Shown here in pieces: positions 22,809 to 33,512 of a stretch of 64,000 nt of DNA. The stretch spans positions 1,081-65,080 of the forward strand of contig JBBQVH010000017.1 in the NCBI GenBank assembly GCA_038211695.1, written 5' to 3'. The notes beneath the pieces are model-generated. The model was not told the origin of the DNA. It searched no databases and worked only from the letters and a program-made list of their open reading frames with translations. Position numbers and translations under genes: made by a program. This DNA is from Blastocatellia bacterium. GTDB lineage: Bacteria > Acidobacteriota > Blastocatellia > RBC074. Position 1 is the first letter of the stretch; each line of letters begins with the position of its first letter.

Positions 22809-24311
22809 ATGCCCTTCTGTCCCGAATGTGGAGCGCCCAACACTGCCGGTGACCCCTACTGTGGCGAATGTGGCGCATGGCAAGACCCACCAGTCAATTA
22901 TGCGGTCGTGTCGGCCCAATCGGCCCAATTGGTTGCGCCGGCACGTACCGGAGTTATGAGTATGACCGCTTCCGGTAATACCCCAACAGGGATTCAACTG
23001 GCCCCCGGCACGCTGCTGGTGGACAGGTATAAGGTTGTCAAACGCATCGGCGGTGGCGGAATGGGATCAGTCTATCTGGGTGAAGACCAGAATCTGGCCA
23101 ACCGTTCCGTGGCTGTCAAAGAAATGGTCGAGATGTTCGCTGATGATTCGTCGCGGCTGAAAGCCATTGAGGATTTCAAGCGCGAATCACAACTGCTTGC
23201 GAGTCTCGATCACCCTTCAATTCCGACCATCTATCAGTATTTCTTTGACACCGAACGCGGACGCTACTACCTGGTGATGAAATATATTGACGGCGGCGAT
23301 CTGGCCGCGCGTCAGCGGCTAACAGGTGGCCGGGTTGAAGAACTGACTGTCACCAAGTGGGCGATTGACACGTGTGACGTGCTTGATTACATCCATTCGC
23401 AAGATCCGCCGATCATATATCGCGATCTGAAACCCGCGAACCTGATGATTGACAACCGCACCAACCGCGTGATGCTGGTGGATTTCGGTATCGCGCGCTT
23501 CGTTGCGGCAACGCAAAAAGGCGTCACTGCAATTGGCACGATGGGCTACGCCCCGCCGGAACTGTTTGCCGGAAATGTCGAGCCGCGCTCTGATATTTAT
23601 TCCCTTGGCGCGACGATGTTTCATCTGCTAACTGGCGTTGACCCACAGGACAATCCGCTGCTGATCTTCGATTTCGACAAGAATCCAAAACCCCGGCAGA
23701 TCAATCCCGCCATCTCGGTTGAGATGGAAGAGTTGATTTGCCGATCAGTCGAACACAAACCCGAGAACCGGTTCGCTTCGGCGCGGGCTTTCGGCTTGGA
23801 GCTACAGACGCACTTGCGCTATCTGCAAGAAGGGCGGCGTGGCGCAGTTTCGCCCGCCAACCTTTACGAAACCGCGCAGAGCTTCGGGCCGGTTAACACC
23901 TGCGTCAATTGCGCGCATGAACTGGCGACGGATGATGTTTTCTGTGCTTACTGTGGAACCCGCCAGCCGTCAAAGCGAACCACTGCCAAACTGCTGGTGA
24001 TGGGAACCAATGAAATGAACGCGCAATTCGCGCTCAACGCCGATGGCGAAAGTCTGATTGGACGACTGGACCCCAATCGCGGCATCCGGCCGGAAGTAGA
24101 TTTGTCGAAATACGATCCGTCAGCGCGCGTCTCACGCCGCCACGCCAGAATCCTGGCGCAGGGCAACAAATTCTTTATCGAAGACCTGGGTAGCGCCAAT
24201 GGCACCGTTGTCAACGGTTCCATGAAGCTACCCCATGGTCAGCCGCATATGCTCGTTAGCGGCGATGAGCTTAAACTGGGTGAAACGACGCTTAAATTTG
24301 TGGTCTCATAA
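22809..24311 (+). CDS. Hanks-type Ser/Thr kinase with two zinc ribbons and C-terminal FHA
   Basis: GGGGMG, AVKE, YRDLKPAN, DFG, GYAPPE; CxxC pairs on both sides of the kinase; FHA motifs; no TM helix seen. Confidence 0.95.
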   Translation: MPFCPECGAPNTAGDPYCGECGAWQDPPVNYAVVSAQSAQLVAPARTGVMSMTASGNTPTGIQLAPGTLLVDRYKVVKRIGGGGMGSVYLGEDQNLANRSVAVKEMVEMFADDSSRLKAIEDFKRESQLLASLDHPSIPTIYQYFFDTERGRYYLVMKYIDGGDLAARQRLTGGRVEELTVTKWAIDTCDVLDYIHSQDPPIIYRDLKPANLMIDNRTNRVMLVDFGIARFVAATQKGVTAIGTMGYAPPELFAGNVEPRSDIYSLGATMFHLLTGVDPQDNPLLIFDFDKNPKPRQINPAISVEMEELICRSVEHKPENRFASARAFGLELQTHLRYLQEGRRGAVSPANLYETAQSFGPVNTCVNCAHELATDDVFCAYCGTRQPSKRTTAKLLVMGTNEMNAQFALNADGESLIGRLDPNRGIRPEVDLSKYDPSARVSRRHARILAQGNKFFIEDLGSANGTVVNGSMKLPHGQPHMLVSGDELKLGETTLKFVVS

Positions 24312-24411
24312 ATTCGAGCCATTCGCCTGGCATCAGAAAAATTTGGCAATTCTGCCAGTGAATAAAGATGCCCTGACCATTCGGCAGAAACGCGCTCTAC
24401 TACCTTGCGCT

Positions 24412-24900
24412 ATGAGTTCAAACGAAGTTTTCATTGCTATGCCCAGACACCGAAATGACGATGATGCGGATGCGCTGGATAATTCCACCCTTCCGAGTAT
24501 CAGCGCGCGTTGCAGCGCATTCCTGCTGGATTATATCTTGACGTTTTTTCCCATGGCTGTGACGCTGGTGCTGGCTTTTTATGTCAAGCGCCGTCTGCTG
24601 GAACCGACCGTCGCCGATTTCTTTCAGTATATTGGTTATGCGCTGGTGCTGGTCGTGATCTTTGCCAACTGGGTCTATAGCTATGTGCGATTCGGACAGA
24701 GTTTCGGCAAGCGCTTTATCGGTCTGCGCCTGATGCGCGTGGATGGCCAGCCAGTGGATTACAAAACCGCCGTTGTGCGACTGCTTGGGTCGTTGCTTTC
24801 GCTGCTTGTATTCGGATATGGCTTTCTGAGAATTCTGTGGGATGACGAGCAGCGCGGCTGGCACGACAAGCTCGCTGGGACGGTGGTTGTTAAAGACTGA
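24412..24900 (+). CDS. RDD family membrane protein
   Basis: RCSAFLLD, GQSFGK, RGWHDKLAGT; start 24412 or 24439. Confidence 0.88.
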   Translation: MSSNEVFIAMPRHRNDDDADALDNSTLPSISARCSAFLLDYILTFFPMAVTLVLAFYVKRRLLEPTVADFFQYIGYALVLVVIFANWVYSYVRFGQSFGKRFIGLRLMRVDGQPVDYKTAVVRLLGSLLSLLVFGYGFLRILWDDEQRGWHDKLAGTVVVKD

Positions 24901-25282
24901 CCCTCATTCGTTCATTTCCCGATTGTGGCCCGATTGTGATTTGACCGGGAGAGATTATGAGCAGTCAAGCGCTTCTCATAATGCCATCCTGATTTGATTC
25001 GCTATCCATTTTATAAACTGCGACCCCAAGTAATTGCTTCGGAAGTTTTGACTCGTTCCCTGCTCTTTAGGGCATAGCGAGCCGCAATTATTGAATTAGT
25101 TGTTTGAAAGCACGCCAGCTCCCCAGGAGACGATCTGCTAGCCCAAACCCGATGTGATCATCGGCAGCAAAGACTGCTCATCGCAGCGATGGATTTCGGG
25201 AAGCGCGGTCACGGCCAATGACGGTTGTGACTCAGCGCCACTGACAGACAAATTCCACAGGCGTGTTTCGAGGGATGAAGTT

Positions 25283-27031
25283 ATGACCATGAATTATTGT
25301 GGGAGATGCGGTGCCGCCAACGGGAGGGCTGCCCGTTACTGTCGGCAATGTGGTGTGGAGTTGCACAATCAAGCAGCATTTTCTTCCGGCACTTCCCCGC
25401 TTACCGTGGAGTTTTCTGCTCGCAATGCGCCGAAAGATAGGACGCGTGAGATTCCGCCGCCTCCGACACCTCCACCCTACCCAACCACTAAGACAAATGA
25501 TCAGGCTGCTGATCAGCAAGACAGTGAAACCAGAGACCCCAGAGCGATTAGCGAATCACTGAAAAAGCTACGCGCTTCTGGCCCGTTGACCGATACATCC
25601 AAGGACAAGAAAAAACAGGAACGCATTAACCGGATTATTGACTCGTCGGTCGAGGGCAAGCGTGACAAGAAACGAGCGGCAAAGTCTCAATCCGTTGTGC
25701 CCGTCACTAAAGCCCCTCCGCAGGCCAAAACCAAAATCACAGGGCCTCTCGGCAAACTGTCTCCGTCATCCACCTCGGCAACGCCGACGCAGTCAGGCAA
25801 CCGCAAAAACTCAATTCCGCCGCAATCAACTTCTCCACATGCGGCACTTGGGGCATATGGGGCATCCGGAGCGTCCGGGTCATTTATGGCGACGACAACG
25901 CGCAACAGCGGCGCATTGTCCGGGATGGCGCAGCTTCCACCGAACGGCCCGTCTTCGGTACTGGCTCAGGCATCGGGTTTGGGCAAACAATCGAACATGG
26001 GTTCCCGGTTTCGGATTGGAGTGATGGCATTGGTGGTGATGCTGGCAGCAGGCGGCTATTTTTTATTGCGTGATAAGCTGGCCGGTCCAGCGCGGTTAAT
26101 TGATGCTGGACGAAACCTGTTAAGCGCCGAAGAGCAAAGCGCATATCTGGTGCGTTCGGGACAGCGTGACCGTGAACAAGGCCATTCCGAAGCCGCCATC
26201 GGCTATTTCCAAAATGCTCTGGCCTTGACGCCCAGCAATCCTGATGTCCTGTTTATGCTGGCTCAAACCTATGCCGGGATAGGACAGAGTGACGAAGCAA
26301 TGAAGAGCTATCAATCCCTGCTGCGGATCATGCCCGAACAACTCGAAGCCCGGCTGCAGGTGGCAGAGATTCATCGCCAGCGCGGCAACTGGAACGCAGC
26401 CCTGCAGGAATACCAGCGGATCATCACGCTTGATCAAAACAGCCCGCAGGCCGCCGTGGCACTTTCAATCATGGAATCTCAAGATTCCGGCAAGCCAGAA
26501 ATCGCCGATGCCAATCTGCGCCGTCCACGTACCGTTGCCAAGAAAACGCCTGTGACGCTGCCCGGGGCAATGATGCAGGCGAATGTTCTGTTGCCGCAGT
26601 CGGGAATGGCGGCGGCAGGCATCAAACCGCCAACGTTCAATAATCGCCCGGAAGAAAAGCCCGATCCGCGCGTGGCGGCAGATAGTCACAAGAAACTCGG
26701 CTTGCGTTACTTCAATGTGCGGCAATATCGGGCAGCGATCAATGATTTTCTTTCTGCATTGCGGCTGACGCCTGAAGACAAAGACATCTACTACTTTCTT
26801 GGATCGTCGTACTATGGTTTAGGCGAGTTCGCGTTGGCGCACGATTATTACAGACGCGTGGACAGCGGCAATTACATCGGCGTCGCCCAATCCGGCGCAG
26901 CCCGGACGGAAAAGGCCGCGCGCGAGGAGGCCAAGCGCCGGGAACTGCTAAAAAACGACTCGCAAAATCAGGTCAAGGACGATCTCAACCAAAAGAGTAA
27001 AAGCAGTTTGAATAATAGTTTGGAACAATAA
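25283..27031 (+). CDS. Zinc ribbon - disordered linker - TM - TPR protein
   Basis: CGRC...CRQC, Ser/Thr/Pro-rich region, TM (IGVMALVVMLAAGGYFLL), several TPR-like helical repeats. Confidence 0.8.
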   Translation: MTMNYCGRCGAANGRAARYCRQCGVELHNQAAFSSGTSPLTVEFSARNAPKDRTREIPPPPTPPPYPTTKTNDQAADQQDSETRDPRAISESLKKLRASGPLTDTSKDKKKQERINRIIDSSVEGKRDKKRAAKSQSVVPVTKAPPQAKTKITGPLGKLSPSSTSATPTQSGNRKNSIPPQSTSPHAALGAYGASGASGSFMATTTRNSGALSGMAQLPPNGPSSVLAQASGLGKQSNMGSRFRIGVMALVVMLAAGGYFLLRDKLAGPARLIDAGRNLLSAEEQSAYLVRSGQRDREQGHSEAAIGYFQNALALTPSNPDVLFMLAQTYAGIGQSDEAMKSYQSLLRIMPEQLEARLQVAEIHRQRGNWNAALQEYQRIITLDQNSPQAAVALSIMESQDSGKPEIADANLRRPRTVAKKTPVTLPGAMMQANVLLPQSGMAAAGIKPPTFNNRPEEKPDPRVAADSHKKLGLRYFNVRQYRAAINDFLSALRLTPEDKDIYYFLGSSYYGLGEFALAHDYYRRVDSGNYIGVAQSGAARTEKAAREEAKRRELLKNDSQNQVKDDLNQKSKSSLNNSLEQ

Positions 27032-27144
27032 CCTGATGGGGAGAGGGAGGGAGAAAGAGAACGAGCAGAGAATAACTATTATTTTCTGCTGCCTTGCCTC
27101 CCTATTTCCCGGTCTCTCAATCTTCCCGTCCCGTTTCATCCCAT

Positions 27145-28935
27145 ATGCCACGTTTGATTGTTCGCTCCACGCCGTCACACGGTGATTCAGTGGTTGAATT
27201 GAGCAGATTACGCACGACGATTGGGCGCTCGGCGCGCAATGATCTTTGCGTCGAAGACCCGTTTGCCTCGCGGTTGCATTCCGAAATCCGGCGGCGTGGT
27301 GATGCCTTCTGGATCAGCGATCTGGGCAGCGCCAACGGCACCTTGATTAACGGCATGCGGTTGACGACACAGGTGCAGCTCAATGACCGCGACATCGTCC
27401 GCATCGGCGAAACCGAAATCGAATATTCCGAGCGCGCCGATACTGCTCCGGCGCGAGGACGCACAAGCATTCTCTTTTCCAACGATAGCAGTTTCGCGCC
27501 ACTGCCCGAAGCAACGATCACTGCCGGTTCGCGCAGTTCAGCAGCTAATTTACTCTCTTCGGTTGAAGCCGCGCACCGAACGTTTATCAACCCAGTTCCT
27601 GATCCAGCCGCCAGCCATCTGGTGACACAAGTGCCAACGCCTTTAGCGGTGCCACAGGATGACGCGCTAAGCATCATCAGCCGCGTCAGCCTCACACTTC
27701 TTTCGCCGCTTTCGCTGGAAGAGACGCTGAAGCAGGTGCTTGATTGCGTCTTCGACGTTCTTTCTGCCGATCGCGGTTACGTCATGCTTCTGGAAAAGCC
27801 CGAAGGCAAACCGAAGGATGGGCAAGCCGTCGAATTTGAACTGGTCTGCAAGGCCATGAAAGCACGCAGCCAATCGCCTACCCAGGATCAGGGCATACAT
27901 CTCAGCCAGTCCATTACCGAGCAGGTGTTAAAACATGGCACGTCAGTGCTGACTTCCGATGCACAACAAGATCCGCGATTTCAAGAACGCCAATCCATTG
28001 TGCTGGGCGGCGTGCGTTCGGTGATGGCGGTTCCGCTCTCCGTCGAAGGGCGGGTTTCAGGCATGGTCTACGTTGACAACCCATATCACAGCAATCGGTT
28101 TACCGAACGCGACTTGCAACTGTTGAAACTGATCGCTGATGTCGCCTCAATCCGGATTGAGAACATGCGCCTGCTGGAAGTGCAGCAGGAGCAGAAACGT
28201 CTGGCCAATGAACTGGCCGTTGCCAGCGAGATTCAATTGAGGTTGCATCCGGCATCGCCGCCTGCCCTGGAAGGCTACGATATGATCGGCGTCAGCTTCC
28301 CCTGCTACGAAGTCGGCGGCGATTACTTCGACTTTATCGAAAAGCGCGACGGGCGCTACGTCGTCGCGCTTGGCGACGTGTCTGGCAAAGGGACGGGCGC
28401 GGCACTGTTGATGTCTTCAGTTCACGCGGCGGTGCGCGCGCATACAACGACACGCTTGTCCGCCAGCGAAGTCGTCGGCGAGATCAATCAATACATCTAC
28501 GACAATACGCCCGCCAATCGCTACGTCACACTCTTTTACAGCGAACTTGACCCGCGCTCGCATCAGCTCACTTACATCAATGCCGGCCACAACCCGCCGA
28601 TGCTGGTACGCGCCAGCGGCGAAGTAACAACACTGGACATTGGCGGTTTTCCGGTCGGCATCACAGAGTTTTGCGATTATCGCGAAGGCTGGGTGGAATT
28701 GGAGTTGGGCGATGTTCTGGTCATCTACTCAGACGGCGTGACTGAGAGCCAGAATGAGGAAGGCGAGGAGTTCGACGAATCGCGTCTGGTCGAAATTGTA
28801 CAGAAGAACCGCGGTCGCACAGCCGCCGGCTTGCGCGACCGGATTGATGAGGCGCTGGCCAAATTCGTCGGCAAAGCCAAGACCGTTGATGACCTGACAC
28901 TGGTCATCGTTAAACGCAAAAGCGTCGGAGACTGA
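27145..28935 (+). CDS. FHA-GAF-PP2C (SpoIIE/RsbU-like) phosphatase
   Basis: FHA (IGR, SRLH, SANGT); GAF (RSVMAVPL); VGGDYFD, GDVSGKG, NAGH, SDG, DDLT. Confidence 0.92.
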   Translation: MPRLIVRSTPSHGDSVVELSRLRTTIGRSARNDLCVEDPFASRLHSEIRRRGDAFWISDLGSANGTLINGMRLTTQVQLNDRDIVRIGETEIEYSERADTAPARGRTSILFSNDSSFAPLPEATITAGSRSSAANLLSSVEAAHRTFINPVPDPAASHLVTQVPTPLAVPQDDALSIISRVSLTLLSPLSLEETLKQVLDCVFDVLSADRGYVMLLEKPEGKPKDGQAVEFELVCKAMKARSQSPTQDQGIHLSQSITEQVLKHGTSVLTSDAQQDPRFQERQSIVLGGVRSVMAVPLSVEGRVSGMVYVDNPYHSNRFTERDLQLLKLIADVASIRIENMRLLEVQQEQKRLANELAVASEIQLRLHPASPPALEGYDMIGVSFPCYEVGGDYFDFIEKRDGRYVVALGDVSGKGTGAALLMSSVHAAVRAHTTTRLSASEVVGEINQYIYDNTPANRYVTLFYSELDPRSHQLTYINAGHNPPMLVRASGEVTTLDIGGFPVGITEFCDYREGWVELELGDVLVIYSDGVTESQNEEGEEFDESRLVEIVQKNRGRTAAGLRDRIDEALAKFVGKAKTVDDLTLVIVKRKSVGD

Positions 28936-28970
28936 TTCGCACTTCGGCCTTGTCCGATGACACTCCCCTC

Positions 28971-30203
28971 ATGAATGCGCTACAGCAATTCATTTTTGTC
29001 CCCGTACTTTCGCTGCTGCCTTGCGTTCTGTGGCTGTGGTATTTCTCCAGCCGCACACGTTACAAGCGCCCGGCGGTTCGCGTCCTGGGCCTGACCTTCC
29101 TGCTTGGCGCGCTGGCGACGATTCCCGCGCTCGCCCTCAACTTAATCGGCCAACAGCTTTTCATCATGCTTTTCGGTAGCACGCCGTGGTCGCATCTGCT
29201 GGTGCTGCTGTTCATTGTCGGTCCGGTCGAAGAGGCAATGAAATTACTGGTCGTCTATTTTTATGCCTACCGCCAGCAGGAATTTGACGAGGCGCTGGAC
29301 GGAGTCATTTTCAGTGCGACGGCGGCGCTGGGGTTTGCCGCAATCGAAAACGTCGTCTATCTGGCACAGAACGATGCGATGTTGGTACTGCTGCGCGGCC
29401 CTCTATCGAATCCAGGCCATGCGCTGTTTTCGGCAGTTTGGGGAATGGGCTTGAGCCGCGCCAGGACCAAACCCAATCTTTTCAGTCAACGCTTCCCAAT
29501 CATTCTGGAAGGATGGGTCTATGCTTCCCTGCTCCACTCGCTCTTTGATGCGCTGTTGGTGGCGTCTTCGCGAGTCAGCATTCTCTTCTTCGGATTATTG
29601 ATCTGCGTCATGGTGGGTCTGTTCTTCCGAGTCCGCGGGCGAATCCGGTTTCATAGCGACACCTCGCCACATCGCGAAGGAACGTTGCTGCTGCCAACTC
29701 GCCGCTTCTGTCAGGAATGCGGCGCAAAAGGCACCGCCGGAATGCGCTGTCCCAAATGCGGCGCGTTCGTTCCTGACCCGGAAGAATTGGAACTTTGCCC
29801 AATCTGCACGACGCCGCAACGCCCCGGCGCAAAGTTTTGCGCGCGATGCGGCGCAAATATCAAACTTCCAGCCCGAGAGAATCTCGATACGCGCCCGCAT
29901 TTCGTCGCGGTCTCTCCCGAAGGTGAAGAACGCATCGCCTACATCCTGAACGAAAACGAAATCATGATTGGCCGTACACTCAATAATGCATTTGTGGTTG
30001 AACACCCATCGGTCTCCAAACGTCACGCCCGCGTCGTCGCTGAAGATGACGAATATGCGTTGTATGACCTGGGCAGCAGCAATGGCACATTCGTCAACGG
30101 CAAGCGCATCAACGAAACGAAACTCGAAGATGGATGCGAAATCCGCTTTGGCCGCGCCCACTTCATCTATCGCGCCCAACACCTGAAAACTGGCGAGCAA
30201 TAG
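28971..30203 (+). CDS. PrsW-family intramembrane metalloprotease fused to double zinc ribbon and FHA
   Basis: VEEAMK, GFAAIEN, GHALFS, LHSLFD; four CxxC motifs; FHA (IGR, SKRH, SSNGT). Confidence 0.88.
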   Translation: MNALQQFIFVPVLSLLPCVLWLWYFSSRTRYKRPAVRVLGLTFLLGALATIPALALNLIGQQLFIMLFGSTPWSHLLVLLFIVGPVEEAMKLLVVYFYAYRQQEFDEALDGVIFSATAALGFAAIENVVYLAQNDAMLVLLRGPLSNPGHALFSAVWGMGLSRARTKPNLFSQRFPIILEGWVYASLLHSLFDALLVASSRVSILFFGLLICVMVGLFFRVRGRIRFHSDTSPHREGTLLLPTRRFCQECGAKGTAGMRCPKCGAFVPDPEELELCPICTTPQRPGAKFCARCGANIKLPARENLDTRPHFVAVSPEGEERIAYILNENEIMIGRTLNNAFVVEHPSVSKRHARVVAEDDEYALYDLGSSNGTFVNGKRINETKLEDGCEIRFGRAHFIYRAQHLKTGEQ

Positions 30204-30273
30204 GCAAACAATCGGTTTCTGATGGAAGATTGAACAAAATCCTCATAGTTTTCGCATTAGGCAAGTGGCTGCC

Positions 30274-30302
30274 TTGACACATTAAGCCCTTTTCCCTATT
30301 CT
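30274..30302 (+). promoter_or_regulatory. Sigma70 promoter of rplM-rpsI
   Basis: TTGACA-17 bp-TATTCT. Confidence 0.8.
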
Positions 30303-30348
30303 CAGCGTTCGCTTTTTTCACGCTGAAACACGGAGATTCTATCTATCT

Positions 30349-30789
30349 ATGTCTACCTACTTTCCAAGTGGCAAAGGATTGGAGCAGCATCGCGATTGGC
30401 ATCTAATTGATGCCGATGGCCTGACTGTCGGTCGGCTGGCGAGTGAAGTCGCCCGCCTGCTGATGGGCAAGCATAAACCGACCTATACTCCCTTCCTGGA
30501 TACGGGCGATCACGTGATCGTCATCAATGCCTCCAAAGTCGTTTTCAAAGGCAATAAAACCGAAGACAAAATTTACCGGCATCACACAGGCTGGCCGGGC
30601 GGTTTGAAAGAGGTCAAGGCGAAGGACATGCTGGCGAATAAACCAGCGCGTCTGCTCGAATTGGCCATCAGGGGCATGCTGCCAAAGACCAAAATGGGCC
30701 GCGCGATGAGCAGCAAGCTGAAGATCTACGCCACTGCGGAACATCCGCACGGCGCGCAGAAGCCCGGTTCACGCAAACTGCCTGTCTAA
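30349..30789 (+). CDS. rplM: 50S ribosomal protein L13
   Basis: [23 protein letters not shown]. Confidence 0.98.
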   Translation: MSTYFPSGKGLEQHRDWHLIDADGLTVGRLASEVARLLMGKHKPTYTPFLDTGDHVIVINASKVVFKGNKTEDKIYRHHTGWPGGLKEVKAKDMLANKPARLLELAIRGMLPKTKMGRAMSSKLKIYATAEHPHGAQKPGSRKLPV

Positions 30790-30893
30790 GTAACGTCCGA
30801 AGTTAATGTCAAACACCAACCGGATCGCCTGTCTCCAACGTCCTTTACTACACGAAACCGGCGACCAATCAATGTTCAGGAGCGAATTGAAAC

Positions 30894-31286
30894 GTGGCTG
30901 ATATTCAGTACTACGGAACTGGCCGTCGCAAGAGCGCAACCGCTCGGGTTTATCTGCGGCCAGGAACCGGCAACTTCAATGTCAATCGAATCTCGATTGA
31001 CAACTATTTCAAGAACGAAGCGCTGCGCATGATCATTCGCCAGCCGCTGCATCTGACCGACACACTGGCGAAATTCGATGTGCTAGTCAATGTTGCGGGC
31101 GGCGGAAGCGCCGGACAAGCGGGTGCCGTACGTCACGGCATTGCCCGCGCGTTGCTTGAGTTCAACGGCGAGTTGCGCAAAAAACTCAAGAAAGCCGGCT
31201 TGCTGACGCGCGATCCGCGCGCCAAAGAGCGCAAGAAGTACGGCCAGAAGGGCGCGCGCAAACGCTTCCAGTTCTCGAAACGCTAA
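30894..31286 (+). CDS. rpsI: 30S ribosomal protein S9
   Basis: [23 protein letters not shown]. Confidence 0.98.
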   Translation: MADIQYYGTGRRKSATARVYLRPGTGNFNVNRISIDNYFKNEALRMIIRQPLHLTDTLAKFDVLVNVAGGGSAGQAGAVRHGIARALLEFNGELRKKLKKAGLLTRDPRAKERKKYGQKGARKRFQFSKR

Positions 31287-31290
31287 TTTC

Positions 31291-31367
31291 TATGTGAAAT
31301 GCGGATGTGGATTGCGGATTTTTCAAGAGTTGTTTGCTTTTGAATCCGCAGTCCGCATTTCTCAATT
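31291..31367. repeat. Heptamer inverted array (gcggatt/aatccgc type)
   Basis: aatgcggatgtggattgcggatt facing aatccgcagtccgcatt. Confidence 0.55.
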
Positions 31368-31498
31368 CATCATTCCATTGCCTTCCTCATTGCTGGTTGT
31401 TCTACGGCAAACAGGCCGTGAGTCTCCTCTGCGCTGAAATAATCCAGACGAGAATTTGAGGAAGGCGAGTACACAAACCAATTTCCTGGAGGCATAGT

Positions 31499-32647
31499 TT
31501 GGCTACAGTTACGATGAAAGAGTTGCTCGAAGCAGGCGTACACTTCGGGCACCAAGTGCGCCGTTGGAATCCAAAGATGAAAGAGTACATCTTTGGCGAA
31601 CGCAACGGCATTTACATTATTGACCTGCAAAAAACGCAGCGGATGTTCAAAGAGGCCATTAAGTTCGTCTCGACCACTGCGGGTGAAGGCACACACAAGA
31701 CCTTCCTGTTCGTCGGCACCAAGCGTCAGGCGCAGGACGCGATCAAGGAAGAAGCACTGCGTTGCAATCAGTTTTACATCAACCAGCGTTGGCTCGGCGG
31801 CCTGCTCACCAACTTCCAAACCATTCAGAAATCCATCAAACGCTACAAAGATATCGAAGCCATGCAGGCCGATGGCCGCATTGAACAGTACGCGAAGAAA
31901 GAGCGATTGGAGATTGAGCGCGAGCGGCTGGCACTGGAAAAGAATCTGGCAGGCATCAAAGACATGCGTAAGCTGCCCGATGTTATATTCATTATTGACA
32001 CCGGCAAAGAAGAAATTGCGGTCAAAGAAGCCAACCGATTGGGCATTCCCGTGGTTGCCATTGTTGATACAAACTGTTCGCCCGAAGGCGTGGATTATGT
32101 TGTTCCCGGCAACGACGATGCGCTGCGTGCCGTGCGGCTGTTTGCCGCGCGCATCGCCGACGCCATTGCCGAAGGTCAGCAACTGGCCCAGCAGAAAGAG
32201 TCGGAAGAAGCCGCTGCTGCTGCCGAACAGGCGAAAGTCAGCGGTGTGACCGTGGACATTCAGCAACGCCAACAACGCGACAGAGCAGACCGCGGTGATC
32301 GTGGAGGTCGCGGACGGGATCGTAATGATCGCCCCCGCAGCGACCGTGGTGGTGACCGGCGTGCCGGTTCAGGCGGTTCAGGCGGTGGGCCTACTGGTGG
32401 TGCCGCTGGTGGTGGCAGAAGCGAGAATCGCGGCGACAGAGCACCGCGTCGCGCGATTGCCGCCGCAGCGCAAGCAAGTCCGGCAATCCCAGCAGCGCCG
32501 GCGATTCAGGCAACTCCGGCTGCATCTGCTGCGGCCCCTGTGGAATCACCGGTGCCCGCAGTTGATCCCATTCTGGCGCAGCCAATCCAACCTGTTGTTG
32601 AAACACAGGCCCCCCCGGCGGAAACCAGCGTGGCAGAGTCGGCATAG
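31499..32647 (+). CDS. rpsB: 30S ribosomal protein S2 with long low-complexity C-terminal tail
   Basis: [24 protein letters not shown]; TTG start with GGAGG RBS. Confidence 0.97.
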   Translation: MATVTMKELLEAGVHFGHQVRRWNPKMKEYIFGERNGIYIIDLQKTQRMFKEAIKFVSTTAGEGTHKTFLFVGTKRQAQDAIKEEALRCNQFYINQRWLGGLLTNFQTIQKSIKRYKDIEAMQADGRIEQYAKKERLEIERERLALEKNLAGIKDMRKLPDVIFIIDTGKEEIAVKEANRLGIPVVAIVDTNCSPEGVDYVVPGNDDALRAVRLFAARIADAIAEGQQLAQQKESEEAAAAAEQAKVSGVTVDIQQRQQRDRADRGDRGGRGRDRNDRPRSDRGGDRRAGSGGSGGGPTGGAAGGGRSENRGDRAPRRAIAAAAQASPAIPAAPAIQATPAASAAAPVESPVPAVDPILAQPIQPVVETQAPPAETSVAESA

Positions 32648-32684
32648 ATCGAATATCAACAAAACATTTTTTGATTTGATCAGG

Positions 32685-32722
32685 ACGGCGTAGCCCACAC
32701 AAAGCGCGGCTGCGCCGTTTTT
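32685..32722 (+). terminator. Attenuator/terminator between rpsB and tsf
   Basis: ACGGCGTAGCC...GGCTGCGCCGT followed by TTTT. Confidence 0.6.
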
Positions 32723-32777
32723 GCGAAACAGAATCGTTATTCACGGATAACATCATCAACCAATAACAGGGGAAGTT

Positions 32778-33437
32778 ATGGCTATCACGGCAGAAATGGT
32801 GAAGACCCTGCGCGAAAAGACCGGCGCGGGAATGATGGAATGCAAGAAGGCTCTGAACGAGTCGAACGGTAACGAAGAACAAGCAATCGAATTCCTGCGC
32901 AAGGCAGGCTTGGCCAGCGCCAAGAAGCGCGAAGGCCGGATCGCCGCCGAAGGCACGGTTGGTTCCTACATTCATATGGGCGGCAAAGTTGGCGTGCTGG
33001 TTGAAGTCAACTGCGAAACAGATTTCGTCGCGCGCAGCGAAGACTTTCAGAAATTTGTCAAAGACCTGGCAATGCACATTTGCGCATCCGAACCGCAGTT
33101 CGTCGGCAAGGATGAAGTTCCGGCGAATCTGATCGAGAAAGAGAAAGAGATCGCGCGCGGACAGGCGATGGCGGATCCGAAGAATGCTAACAAGCCCGAA
33201 AATATCATCGAGAAAATGGTGCAGGGCCGCGTGGACAAATTCTTAACTGAAGCCGTTCTGCTGGAACAACCTTTCGTCAAAGACCAGACCGTCACCGTTG
33301 GAGAATTAGTCACAAGCTTGACGGCCAAGACGGGTGAGAAGTGCAGCATCCGCCGCTTCACACGCTACAAAATGGGCGAAGGCCTTGAGAAACGGTCTGA
33401 AGACTTCGCCAGCGAAGTCGCGTCAATGATGAAATAG
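32778..33437 (+). CDS. tsf: Elongation factor Ts
   Basis: [26 protein letters not shown]. Confidence 0.98.
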   Translation: MAITAEMVKTLREKTGAGMMECKKALNESNGNEEQAIEFLRKAGLASAKKREGRIAAEGTVGSYIHMGGKVGVLVEVNCETDFVARSEDFQKFVKDLAMHICASEPQFVGKDEVPANLIEKEKEIARGQAMADPKNANKPENIIEKMVQGRVDKFLTEAVLLEQPFVKDQTVTVGELVTSLTAKTGEKCSIRRFTRYKMGEGLEKRSEDFASEVASMMK

Positions 33438-33444
33438 CCGCACC

Positions 33445-33512
33445 GTGATCGATAGTTAGTGGTTGGCAGAAAAACCCAGCCACTAACTACCGATCACCAA
33501 CCACCAACCACC
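33445..33512. repeat. Heptamer-based inverted array
   Basis: gtgatcgatagttagtggttgg facing ccagccactaactaccgatcac, then caaccac units. Confidence 0.6.
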
